A stretch of DNA of 64,000 bases from Rhodothermales bacterium. Lineage in GTDB: Bacteria > Bacteroidota > Rhodothermia > Rhodothermales > JANQRZ01. Made by a program: the position numbers and the translations under genes. Under the pieces are notes generated by a model. It did no database searches, was not told where the DNA came from, and worked only from the letters and a program-made list of their open reading frames with translations. The stretch spans positions 130,594 through 194,593 of the forward strand of contig CBDCBW010000010.1 in the NCBI GenBank assembly GCA_965214485.1. Direction: 5' to 3'. This document shows, piece after piece, positions 26,462 to 34,587 of this stretch (positions within the stretch are counted from its first letter, which is position 1; the number at the start of each line of letters is the position of its first letter).

Positions 26462-27598
26462 TCAGGGCTCGGACGGCCTCCGTGCAGCCTGAGCCGATGG
26501 CTTCAGCACCAGCTCGGCGATGACCGCCCGGTGGTCGGAAACCAGGTCGGGGTCCACGCGCGCGCGCCGGACCACCCAGTCGTCGCTGGCGAGCACGTAG
26601 TCGATGCGGACGAGGGGTAGGCCCGCCGGGAACGTCCCGCCCCAGCCCGTCCCGGCCTCGTCGAAGGCGTCCCGAAAGCCGTGCGCGAGGTGGGTGTAGG
26701 CCCAGTTCCGCGGCGTGCTGTTGAAGTCGCCGCACACGAGGAACGGGTGGGGCTCCGCGTCGAGCATCGCGCGTAGCTGGCGGGCCTGCTCGGCCCGGAC
26801 CTCGAAGTCGCGGCCGTAGGCGTGGAAGGCATCGAGCCAGGCGCGCGGCGAGAACCGCTGGTCCTCCCGCCGCCACGGGCGCTGGCTGCTGAACGAGTGG
26901 AGGTGCACGTTGTAGACCATGATGGTCCGGCCCTGCCACCGGTAGGCGCGGCGCGTGATGCCGCCGGAGCTCCACAGCCCCTCCGGGGGGTTGCCCCGCA
27001 CCAACTCGCTTCGCCCCACCGCCTCGATGCGCGAGAAGAGGGGCCGCGAGAACATGAAGTCCTTGCCGCCATCGGGCCGCGACATCTCGTAGGCTTTGTC
27101 CTTGAGCAGCGGGCCGAGCAGCGGCGCGCCCCAGGTCACGCCGGTGTCGCGGAGCAGGCGGATCGAGAACTCCTGGAGCGCGATGAGGTGGGGGCGGTCG
27201 CGCGCCAGCACGTTGGCGAGGACGTGCTGCTTGCCGCCGCCGTCCTTGCCTGCGTTGAACGTCATCACCGTGAGGCCGGGCGCGTCGGCGGCGGCGGTCG
27301 CGGGGTCAGCGCTGGCGTTCAGCTCCGGCATGAGCACGGTGGCGAGGCAGAGGAGGAGGTGAAGCGCAGCGAGAGCCCAGCGCCGCTTCACGATGAGACC
27401 GACGGCTACGAGCGCCGCCGCGACGAGAACAAGCGTGCCGAAGATGGCGACGACCTGGAGGCCCCAGAGCTGCTCCGGCGGCACGAAGGGGGCCGCGTTC
27501 GCCGCCGCGAGGAGGCCGACGAGCGCGGCGTCTGCCCCCCAGAGAAGCCATCGCCCCCTCCGGGACGGCGGGCGCTTCGGAACCGCTTCGGTCGTCAT
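26462..27598 (-). CDS. Membrane-anchored endonuclease/exonuclease/phosphatase (EEP) family protein
   Basis: 378 aa with about three N-terminal TM helices. The EEP motifs are VMTFN, IALQEF, VYNVHL, CGDFNSTP, RIDYVL and SDHRAV. The start overlaps the upstream stop (ATGA at 27595-27598). Confidence 0.75.
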   Translation of the reverse strand: MTTEAVPKRPPSRRGRWLLWGADAALVGLLAAANAAPFVPPEQLWGLQVVAIFGTLVLVAAALVAVGLIVKRRWALAALHLLLCLATVLMPELNASADPATAAADAPGLTVMTFNAGKDGGGKQHVLANVLARDRPHLIALQEFSIRLLRDTGVTWGAPLLGPLLKDKAYEMSRPDGGKDFMFSRPLFSRIEAVGRSELVRGNPPEGLWSSGGITRRAYRWQGRTIMVYNVHLHSFSSQRPWRREDQRFSPRAWLDAFHAYGRDFEVRAEQARQLRAMLDAEPHPFLVCGDFNSTPRNWAYTHLAHGFRDAFDEAGTGWGGTFPAGLPLVRIDYVLASDDWVVRRARVDPDLVSDHRAVIAELVLKPSAQAARRPSEP

Positions 27599-28503
27599 GC
27601 CGGAATGTAGAACCGCATCAGGACGAGGACGAAGGCGGCCACGTAGAGCGCCGGGGCGTACCGGAAGGTCTCACGCTCGCACTGCATGATCCCCATCGCC
27701 ACGATGAGCCACGCGAAGTACAGGATCGGCGCGACGACGTAGGTCGAGAAGACGAACGCCAGCAGCACCGCGTCGCGCCACTTCGCCAGCCAGAACCTCC
27801 TCGGGAGCAGAAAGGCCACGGCCACGGCTCCCTCGATGGCGAGCGTCCACCACGTCATCAGCGCGGCGAGCCAGCGCGCCTCCGCCGCCAACGGCACCGC
27901 GAGCGCCCCCGCCGGATCGCCGAAGGCGGTGTAGACCACCCGCTCAAGGCGCGCCCGCGCCAGCACCCCGGCGTCGAGCCCGACGAGGTGCTCGGCGAAC
28001 AGCCCGAAGCGCGTGTCCTGAAGCAGGAAGTAGTTGAAGAACGCGCCGCTCACGTAGTCCGGCGAGAGCACCTTCCACAGCGTGGCGAACAGGAAGCACA
28101 GCCCGATGAGCACGCGGGCGTTCACCCGCACCGCCTTCAACGGCTCCACCGCGAGGAGCGAGACGCCGAGGCCGAGGCACCAGTAGAGCTTGAGGAAGTC
28201 GTGGTTGTTCTGCTGGTGCCACGTCTGCCAATAGGCGAGCACGAGCACCCCCACGAGCCCGAGCCACAGCAGCGGGTTGCGCATGAGCGGCCGGAGCACG
28301 AGCGCCGTCACCGTGAGCGTGGTGAGGCCGAGCTGGATGTGCCACGCCGGCTCGTGCAGCGAGAGCACGATCATCACGAGCGTCATCGCCGCCCCGAGCT
28401 CGAACAGGTCGGCCCCGAGGAGCGCATCGACGGGCCGGCGGGCGAGCGTACGCAGCCGGCTCGGTGGTCGAGGGTGCACAGGGGAGAGGGGGGCGGAGTC
28501 CAT
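27595..28503 (-). CDS. Polytopic membrane protein, HTTM / vitamin-K-dependent gamma-carboxylase-like membrane domain
   Basis: 302 aa with about 8 hydrophobic helices. WHQQNNHDFLKLYW resembles the WNNHSYLYGLL motif of GGCX. LWKVLSPDYVSGAFF resembles GVKKLDADWVEGYSM around the catalytic Lys. MTWWTLAIEGAVAVAFLLP resembles VHWGGLLLDLSAGFLLF. The comparison is from a recalled human GGCX sequence, not a search. Confidence 0.45.
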   Translation of the reverse strand: MDSAPLSPVHPRPPSRLRTLARRPVDALLGADLFELGAAMTLVMIVLSLHEPAWHIQLGLTTLTVTALVLRPLMRNPLLWLGLVGVLVLAYWQTWHQQNNHDFLKLYWCLGLGVSLLAVEPLKAVRVNARVLIGLCFLFATLWKVLSPDYVSGAFFNYFLLQDTRFGLFAEHLVGLDAGVLARARLERVVYTAFGDPAGALAVPLAAEARWLAALMTWWTLAIEGAVAVAFLLPRRFWLAKWRDAVLLAFVFSTYVVAPILYFAWLIVAMGIMQCERETFRYAPALYVAAFVLVLMRFYIPA

Positions 28504-28509
28504 AGGGTG

Positions 28510-29118
28510 CTACTCGGCAGCGCTCGGTTGCACCGTCGCCTCGGCGATGCGCTCCCAGCGAAGCAGCTCGGCGTCGGGGTCGAAGACGGGCCTCCAGACC
28601 TCGACGCGCGCGCCCTCGACCTCGGCGTCGGTCGGGAGGCCGTTGTAGGGCGCGCGGCGCGGGTCGAAGGCCAGGTGGCTGGGGTAGAGACCGGAGGCAT
28701 CGACCGACGCCGAGTCCGCCCACGCCGCCTGCCACGCCTCGGAGGTGCGGAAGTAGTGCTGGAGGAAGTCCGGCAGCGACGGCCAGACCGTGCGGTACGT
28801 CGAGGCGTCGTAGACCCGCCAGTCCTGCGCGGCGACGGTGCGCGCCGCCGCCTCGAGGCGGGCCTGCGTCGGCTGCGTGTAGACCAGGCGCGTCTTGACC
28901 CCGAAGCGGGGCTCGACGACGAGCGCCTCGCCCCGGTCCGTCAGCACGTAGGCGCGGAGGGCGCGGGCCCCGGGCACGTCCACGGTCGAGAACATCCCGA
29001 AGCCGCCGCCGGCCCACTGTGTCTGGCCGTGGACCTCGACGTTGTAGCGCTGCAGCGCCACGCCGGCGATCAGCACGATGGGGGCGAGTCCGTAGGCGAG
29101 CCGCTGCGGGAGTCTCAT
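28510..29118 (-). CDS. Single-pass membrane/exported protein, resembles the start of the extracytoplasmic domain of HTTM/VKGC-family proteins
   Basis: Start at the ATG at 29118 (MRLPQRLAYGLAPIVLIAGVALQ), overlapping the ABC exporter stop (ATGA). GGGFGMFSTVDVPGARALRAYVLTDRGE resembles the GYSWDMMVHS...VKITYRDGRTGE segment that follows the membrane domain in GGCX. Otherwise there is no recognisable motif. Confidence 0.35.
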   Translation of the reverse strand: MRLPQRLAYGLAPIVLIAGVALQRYNVEVHGQTQWAGGGFGMFSTVDVPGARALRAYVLTDRGEALVVEPRFGVKTRLVYTQPTQARLEAAARTVAAQDWRVYDASTYRTVWPSLPDFLQHYFRTSEAWQAAWADSASVDASGLYPSHLAFDPRRAPYNGLPTDAEVEGARVEVWRPVFDPDAELLRWERIAEATVQPSAAE

Positions 29119-31025
29119 CGCGGTACGGCGGTGGGGTCCGGAGCAGGGGTCACCTCGGCGGTCTCGTCCCCGGCCTGCCCGTCGCCGACGATGGGCTCCG
29201 CCGTGCCGTCCTCCTGCCGCATCTGCGCCCGCCACGACGCCGCGTACCGCCCGCCGAGGGCAATCAGCTCGTCGTGCGTGCCGGTCTCGACGACCTGCCC
29301 GGCGTCCATGACGTGGATAATGTCGGCCTGCATCGCAGTCGTGAAGCGGTGGGTGATGAGGAGCGCCGTCCGGCCCTCGACCATCCGGCGGAACCGCGCC
29401 AGCCACTCGTTCTCGGCCCACGAGTCCATCGAGCTCGTCGGCTCGTCGAGCACGACGATCGGGGCTTGGCGGAAGAAGGCCCGCGCGAGCGCGACCCGCT
29501 GCCACTCGCCGCCGCTCAGCTCGCTCCCCGTCTCGAACCACCGCCCGAGGACCGAGTCGTACTTCCGGGGCAGCTTCTCGATGACCTCGTGCGCCCCCCC
29601 GCCGACGGCTGCCGCCTGCACGGCGTCGAGATCGACCTCGCGGCCGAGGTCGCCGAGGCGGATGTTGTCCTCGGCCGTCATCTGGTACTTCATCGGGACC
29701 TGGAACATCACCGAGACGTGGCGGCGCAGGTCGGTCTGCGCGAACTCCCGCAGGTCGATGCCGTCGACCGTGATGCGCCCGGCGGTCGGGTCATAGAACC
29801 GGCAGAGGAGCTTGATGAAGGTGCTCTTCCCCGCCCCGTTCTCGCCGACGATGGCGACGATCTTGCCCGACGGGATCGTGAGGTTGAAGCCTTCGAGCGC
29901 CTTCCGCTCGAAACCGGGATAGCTGAACGAGACGTCCTCGAACCGGACGCCCTCGTCGATCCGGTCGGGAAATGGGGTGGGCGTTGCCGGCTCGGCGAGG
30001 CCGTTCTCCTGGTCGAGGAAGTCGAAGAGGTGTTCGAGGAAGAGCGTGTTGGTGTAGACCTGTCCCATGTTCTGGAGCAGCCCGCCGACGAGCGCCTGCC
30101 CCTGGTTGAACGCCTGGTAGAAGAGCGCGAGGTCCCCCAGCGTGGCCGCGCCGCGCGTCGCCCGGAGCACGACCCACAGCATCGCCCCGCCGGTGGCAAT
30201 GAGGCCCATGAAGGTGGCGAAGATGCGCGCGACGACCTGGTTCTTGAGCAGCTTCAGGCGCTCCTCCCGAAGGGCCCGGCGCAGCGCGAGGTAGCGGCTG
30301 CGGAAGTACTCGCCGGTGTTGTTGATCCGCACCTCGGCCGCCGACGCATCGAAGGTCACCATCAGGTCGAAGTACTGCGCGAGGCGGCGGCGGGCCGTCG
30401 AGGCCTTCCACCACGCATGGTACTTCTTGTTGTGACGGACGACGACGAAGAACGCCGGCAGCGTGCTGACGATGAGCACGAGGGGCAGCCACAGGCTGTA
30501 GCTCAGCAGGATCGCCGAGATCGAGAGCAGCGTCACGGTCGCGCTGAGCAGCCCGCCGATGTTGCCGAGGAGCTGCAGCACCCGGCTGTTGGCCTGCGAG
30601 TTGACCTGCTCGAGCTTGTCGTGGTAGTCCGCCGACTCGTAGAAGCCGAAGTCCACCTCGGTCGCTTTCTCGTGGACGAGGGCCTTGACTCGGTCCCCGA
30701 CGAGCTCCGCCTGCGCGGTCGAGACCCACTCGTTGATCCCGCCGAGGACGCGCTGCAGAATCATGACCCCGCCCATCAGCGCCGCCGGAGCGATCACCAC
30801 CGCCAGCGCAGCCTCGCCCGCGACCGCCGCCGCGAGGCTATCGACGAGCCACTTCGTGAGGTAGACCACCGCCGCCGGCAGCGTCCCCTGCACGGCCAGG
30901 AGGAGGAACCACACCACGGTCCACCGGCTCGCCGCCGACCAGATCAGCCGGAGCGCCATCCCCACGTAGGACGCCCGCAGCCGGAGGTCGTCGGCCTTGT
31001 GCCGCCACGTCTGCGTTGCCGTCAT
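29115..31025 (-). CDS. ABC exporter, fused permease + ATPase (lasso-peptide D-type transporter)
   Basis: 636 aa with a six-helix TMD. The NBD has Walker A GENGAGKSTF, signature LSGGEWQRV and Walker B IVVLDEPTS. It sits inside the lasso operon. Confidence 0.85.
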   Translation of the reverse strand: MTATQTWRHKADDLRLRASYVGMALRLIWSAASRWTVVWFLLLAVQGTLPAAVVYLTKWLVDSLAAAVAGEAALAVVIAPAALMGGVMILQRVLGGINEWVSTAQAELVGDRVKALVHEKATEVDFGFYESADYHDKLEQVNSQANSRVLQLLGNIGGLLSATVTLLSISAILLSYSLWLPLVLIVSTLPAFFVVVRHNKKYHAWWKASTARRRLAQYFDLMVTFDASAAEVRINNTGEYFRSRYLALRRALREERLKLLKNQVVARIFATFMGLIATGGAMLWVVLRATRGAATLGDLALFYQAFNQGQALVGGLLQNMGQVYTNTLFLEHLFDFLDQENGLAEPATPTPFPDRIDEGVRFEDVSFSYPGFERKALEGFNLTIPSGKIVAIVGENGAGKSTFIKLLCRFYDPTAGRITVDGIDLREFAQTDLRRHVSVMFQVPMKYQMTAEDNIRLGDLGREVDLDAVQAAAVGGGAHEVIEKLPRKYDSVLGRWFETGSELSGGEWQRVALARAFFRQAPIVVLDEPTSSMDSWAENEWLARFRRMVEGRTALLITHRFTTAMQADIIHVMDAGQVVETGTHDELIALGGRYAASWRAQMRQEDGTAEPIVGDGQAGDETAEVTPAPDPTAVPR

Positions 31026-31053
31026 CGGATTGCATTCTCAGCCAACCCGGAGG

Positions 31054-31962
31054 CTAGCTGTGTGTGGGGACCGCATCGAGGTCTGCCTCGACCAGAGCGA
31101 AGATGTCGGGCAGGGCATCGAGAGACATGATACGCTCCAGAAGCGCCACCGGCGTGTGCTTGGCGAGCTGGGCGCACTGCTTGAAGTGCTCGGAGACGTA
31201 CTCGGGGGCGGTGATCCAGTTCGTCGAGTGCGTGTGGGCGACGAGGTGCATCGGCACCTCCTGCGTGCCGAGCTGCGTGACCCGGTTCGCCTCCGAGGTC
31301 TGCCGCCGCAGCACGTAGAGCTTCGACAGAGGTATCGACCGCACGTCCTCCCCCTTTAGAAGGCGCAGCCGCTTGGGCGAAATCTCGGTGACGAGCGGCA
31401 GGCTTTCGTGGTCCTCGACGAGCCGCTCGGCGGAGTTCGGGCGGAGGCGGACCTGTTTGATGCCCGGCGGGACGCGCGTCGGCTCGGTCTCCGTGCCGGG
31501 GAGCACCACCATCACGTCGTCCGTGATGAGCTCGTAGCCGTTCTGGCAGAAGTACTCGGCGAGGGTCGACTTGCCCCACCCGGAGTTGCCCAAAAACGCG
31601 ACCGCCCGCTCGCCGTCCGACACCGCCGAGCCGTGCAGCACGAGGAGGTGGCGCTGCCTGAGCGCCGCCGCGAGCAGCGCGCCCTGCACGAAGCTGCGGA
31701 GGAGGTCCTCCGAGATCGGCTTCAGCGTGTCGTAGGTGACGACCCTGCCCGCGTTGAGGTGGAAGAGGAGGTCGAGGTCCCACTCGTCTTCCTTGATGTG
31801 CCCGGAGACCACGTCCCCGTAGCGCGCGTCGGCAGCGCTCTTGCGCACGCGGAGGTTGCCTTTTTGGATCGTGACGTCGGGCGGACCGTCGTCGCCGGGT
31901 GCGAAGCCGGAGAGCTCGATGTCGGAGTGGATGGAGAGTCCGAAAGCCTTGTGGCGATGCAT
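31054..31962 (-). CDS. HPr-kinase-C-terminal-domain-like Ser/Thr kinase (lasso-peptide kinase type)
   Basis: Start at the ATG at 31962 (MHRHKAFGLSIHSDIEL). LHGSAVSDGERAVAFLGNSGWGKSTLA is the P-loop context seen in HprK-related kinases of paeninodin-type lasso clusters. Confidence 0.65.
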   Translation of the reverse strand: MHRHKAFGLSIHSDIELSGFAPGDDGPPDVTIQKGNLRVRKSAADARYGDVVSGHIKEDEWDLDLLFHLNAGRVVTYDTLKPISEDLLRSFVQGALLAAALRQRHLLVLHGSAVSDGERAVAFLGNSGWGKSTLAEYFCQNGYELITDDVMVVLPGTETEPTRVPPGIKQVRLRPNSAERLVEDHESLPLVTEISPKRLRLLKGEDVRSIPLSKLYVLRRQTSEANRVTQLGTQEVPMHLVAHTHSTNWITAPEYVSEHFKQCAQLAKHTPVALLERIMSLDALPDIFALVEADLDAVPTHS

Positions 31963-32021
31963 CGTGTGGTGGGCTGCAGGCGGCGGGACCTGGGTTGCAG
32001 AGATGAGAGCACCCCATTCTA

Positions 32022-32057
32022 GCGAAGGCTCCGAGGAATGATCCCCGAAGCCTTCGC
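32022..32057 (-). promoter_or_regulatory. Hairpin downstream of the precursor gene (possible attenuator/stabiliser)
   Basis: gcgaaggct (32022-32030) pairs with agccttcgc (32049-32057) in a 9-bp stem plus 2 further pairs. It lies about 45 nt after the precursor stop and about 60 nt before the kinase start. Confidence 0.4.
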
Positions 32058-32102
32058 CGAGTCGTGCTCCGGCCACCTGGGCCGGTCGTGTAGAGGCGAG
32101 CC

Positions 32103-32288
32103 CTACGGATCGATCATGCACGTTTCCTGGTTGACGGTCGGGCACTGGTCGACCGAGTTGAGTCCTTCCTCGATCACGTTGCCGTCCAGGTCGAACGACT
32201 GATCGCCCGTGAAGGGGTCGCCCAGCGTCGCCGTGATCTCCGCCACATCACCGTAAGCGGTGAGTTGAGGTGCGATATAGGTCTTCAT
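32103..32288 (-). CDS. Lasso-peptide precursor (A), 61 aa
   Basis: MKTYIAPQLTAYGDVAEITA|TLGDPFTGDQSFDLDGNVIEEGLNSVDQCPTVNQETCMIDP. The leader fits the lasso motif YxxPxLx3Gx5Tx exactly (Y4, P7, L9, G13, T19). Asp sits at core position 9. The gene lies between the cyclase and the kinase. The ATG at 32288 is internal to the 102-aa track ORF. Confidence 0.7.
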   Translation of the reverse strand: MKTYIAPQLTAYGDVAEITATLGDPFTGDQSFDLDGNVIEEGLNSVDQCPTVNQETCMIDP

Positions 32289-32361
32289 GGTGAAGTACCT
32301 CTTGGTTGTGTTGTTGTGAAGGTCTACGAGGCGTGTTCCCCGTAGGATGTGGCCGTCCGGG

Positions 32362-32373
32362 CGAACCGGTTCG
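32362..32373. promoter_or_regulatory. Perfect 12-bp palindrome upstream of the precursor gene
   Basis: CGAACCGGTTCG lies about 75 nt upstream of the precursor ATG, inside the 202-bp lower-GC gap between cyclase and precursor. It is a possible operator. Confidence 0.3.
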
Positions 32374-32490
32374 GCCAGGTGGTGCAGGCGGAGAGCAAAT
32401 GCTACTTCCAAGCCTGCCTAAGTCTACACCCTGAAAAGTCGTACGGAGTGTGCCGGATGGAGCCTTCTGTATGCGCCTAAGGCGACTCTG

Positions 32491-34587
32491 CTAGACCGGC
32501 ATCTCCCCACCTTCCGGTTTCGTGAGCGAGGGGGTACTCTCCGCCGTGTCCACGAATCTCTTCTTTAGCCAGAAAGACAGGGTAGCCACACGGGCGAGCT
32601 GGGCCTGTTCGATGTTGGAAACGTCTTTCCCCCCGCGGTAGAGGCTATCGACCTCGGCTTCGTCCACGTAGGGGCGGAGCGCCCCGAGGTCCGTGATGTG
32701 TTCGTCGAGGAGGCCGCGGTCTTGCTCGTAGAGGCCGCGCTCGAAGTTGGGAGCGAGCCACGCCTTGCCCACGCGCCACTGCACTTTCTTCGGCAGGACG
32801 CCCTCGAGCGCGCGGCGCAGGATGGACCGCGTCCACCCGTCTTTCAGGCTCTGCCCGGGCGGGAGCGCGAGGCAGAACTCGACGAGCCGTTTGTCGAAGA
32901 AGGGGTGACGGATTTCGATGCGGTGTGCTGCGCTGGCGTGGGTGGTGAGCTCGAGCGCCGTTTGGATGCGGGAGCCGTTGAGCAACTGGCGCTGCACGTC
33001 GCGCACCGTCGTTAGCCGAGGCTTCTGGACCTCGAAGGCCTGCAGGCGCTCGGCGACCCCGATGCGTTCGGCAAAGGCGGGGTTCAGCAGCGGCAGGAGC
33101 GGCTCGGGGCGGCGCTCGGCCTTGGGGCCGCTGCGCCAGGCGTCGCGGGCGCGCTGCAAAGCCAGCGGTTGCATCAGCCAGCGCCGGTAGCGCCGGAACA
33201 GCTCGGCGCGCTCAACGCCGAAGAGCCGGTGCGCCGCCGAGGCTTCGCGGACGAACTGCCAGCGCTTGCCCTGCTCGGCGAGACGCTGAAGCCGGGCCAG
33301 CCCGAACCGCTGGAACGCCGTGTTGAGGTTGGCGAAGCTGTCCTCGAAGTTGTGGCGCTGCTCGGTGCTCTGGAACTGCCGCGCCGCAGCCTTGCTCTCG
33401 TGGGCGAACGTCTCCCAGTCCCCAGCCTCCGCTAGCTCCTTGAGATAGAGCAGCCCGTGCCCGACGACGTTGTCCCCGTCGAGGCCATCGAGGAGCACGC
33501 GGACGCCCGCCTTGCGAGCGGCAGCCTTCGCGGCCCACACGAGATGCTGGTTGCCGCTGGCGAGGCCGTCGTCGAGGTAGGTGTACACCTCGTCCAAATT
33601 GGAGAGCGGCCCGAGCTGGTCCCCTCGCACGAAGTGCGGGATGAAATCGCCTTGCTCTAGCACCGCGTCGATGAACGGGCGCTCGTCGCACGTCGCGACG
33701 TCCTCGTAGACGAGCGAGACCGTGTGGAGCGGCTTCCCCTCTTTCTCCAAGAGCCGCGCTGCCACAGCCGTGATCGACGACGAGTCCATCCCCCCACTCA
33801 GTTCAGAGCCGACGGGGAACGCGCTGCGGAGGCGGGCGCGGACGGCCTCGGTGAACAGCTCCCGGAAGCGCGCCTCGTACTCGGCGTCGGAGGCGTCGGG
33901 TGGCACATCGGCCGCCGGGGCCAGCGTGTAGTAGCGCCAGCGCCGCAGCCCGTCCGGGGAGACGGTGAGCGCGTGCGAGGCCGGGAGGCGGAGGACCTCT
34001 TCGTAGATCGTGTTCTCCGGGTCCTCGCGCATGGTCGCGAGGAAATCGGCGAGGCGGACCTCGTTGAGCCGCTCCGGCACCTCGGGTACGGCGAGCAGGG
34101 CTTTGATCTCCGTCCCGCAGGCGAAGTGGCTCCCCTCCCGGTAGTGGTAGTAGAAGGGTCGGATGCCGAAGTGATCGCGCGCGCAGAACAGCCGCTGCGC
34201 CGGGCCGTCCCAAATGGCAAAGGCGAAATCCCCGATGAGATGATCGAGGCAGCCCTCGCCCCACGCCGCGTAGGCGGCCAGAATCAGGTTGCTGTCGGTG
34301 ACGGGCTCCGCCTGGTCGCCGAGCCGCAGCCGGGCGAGCAGCGCGTCCCGGTTGTCGATCCGGGCATCGGCGGTGATGGCGAGCCCCGCCTCGGTCGCCA
34401 ACGGCAGCGCTTCGTGCAGCGATTCCGGCGTGGTGTGGAGCATCCGGTGCCCCAGCCCGATCGGCCCCTCGGCCCACACGCCCGCGCCGTCAGGGCCGCA
34501 GTGCGCCACGGCGTCGCCCATGCGGCGCAGCGCGTCCCGGTCCACGCCGTGACCGTCGAGTCGGTATAGCCCGGTGAGTGCGCTCAC
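32491..34587 (-). CDS. Lasso-peptide cyclase (asparagine-synthetase-like, C protein)
   Basis: Start at the GTG at 34587 (VSALTGLYRLDGHGVD), overlapping the B2 stop (GTGA). There is no N-terminal Cys nucleophile. It has the PP-loop SELSGGMDSS and is 698 aa. The 121 upstream codons of the track ORF overlap B2 out of frame. Confidence 0.8.
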   Translation of the reverse strand: MSALTGLYRLDGHGVDRDALRRMGDAVAHCGPDGAGVWAEGPIGLGHRMLHTTPESLHEALPLATEAGLAITADARIDNRDALLARLRLGDQAEPVTDSNLILAAYAAWGEGCLDHLIGDFAFAIWDGPAQRLFCARDHFGIRPFYYHYREGSHFACGTEIKALLAVPEVPERLNEVRLADFLATMREDPENTIYEEVLRLPASHALTVSPDGLRRWRYYTLAPAADVPPDASDAEYEARFRELFTEAVRARLRSAFPVGSELSGGMDSSSITAVAARLLEKEGKPLHTVSLVYEDVATCDERPFIDAVLEQGDFIPHFVRGDQLGPLSNLDEVYTYLDDGLASGNQHLVWAAKAAARKAGVRVLLDGLDGDNVVGHGLLYLKELAEAGDWETFAHESKAAARQFQSTEQRHNFEDSFANLNTAFQRFGLARLQRLAEQGKRWQFVREASAAHRLFGVERAELFRRYRRWLMQPLALQRARDAWRSGPKAERRPEPLLPLLNPAFAERIGVAERLQAFEVQKPRLTTVRDVQRQLLNGSRIQTALELTTHASAAHRIEIRHPFFDKRLVEFCLALPPGQSLKDGWTRSILRRALEGVLPKKVQWRVGKAWLAPNFERGLYEQDRGLLDEHITDLGALRPYVDEAEVDSLYRGGKDVSNIEQAQLARVATLSFWLKKRFVDTAESTPSLTKPEGGEMPV

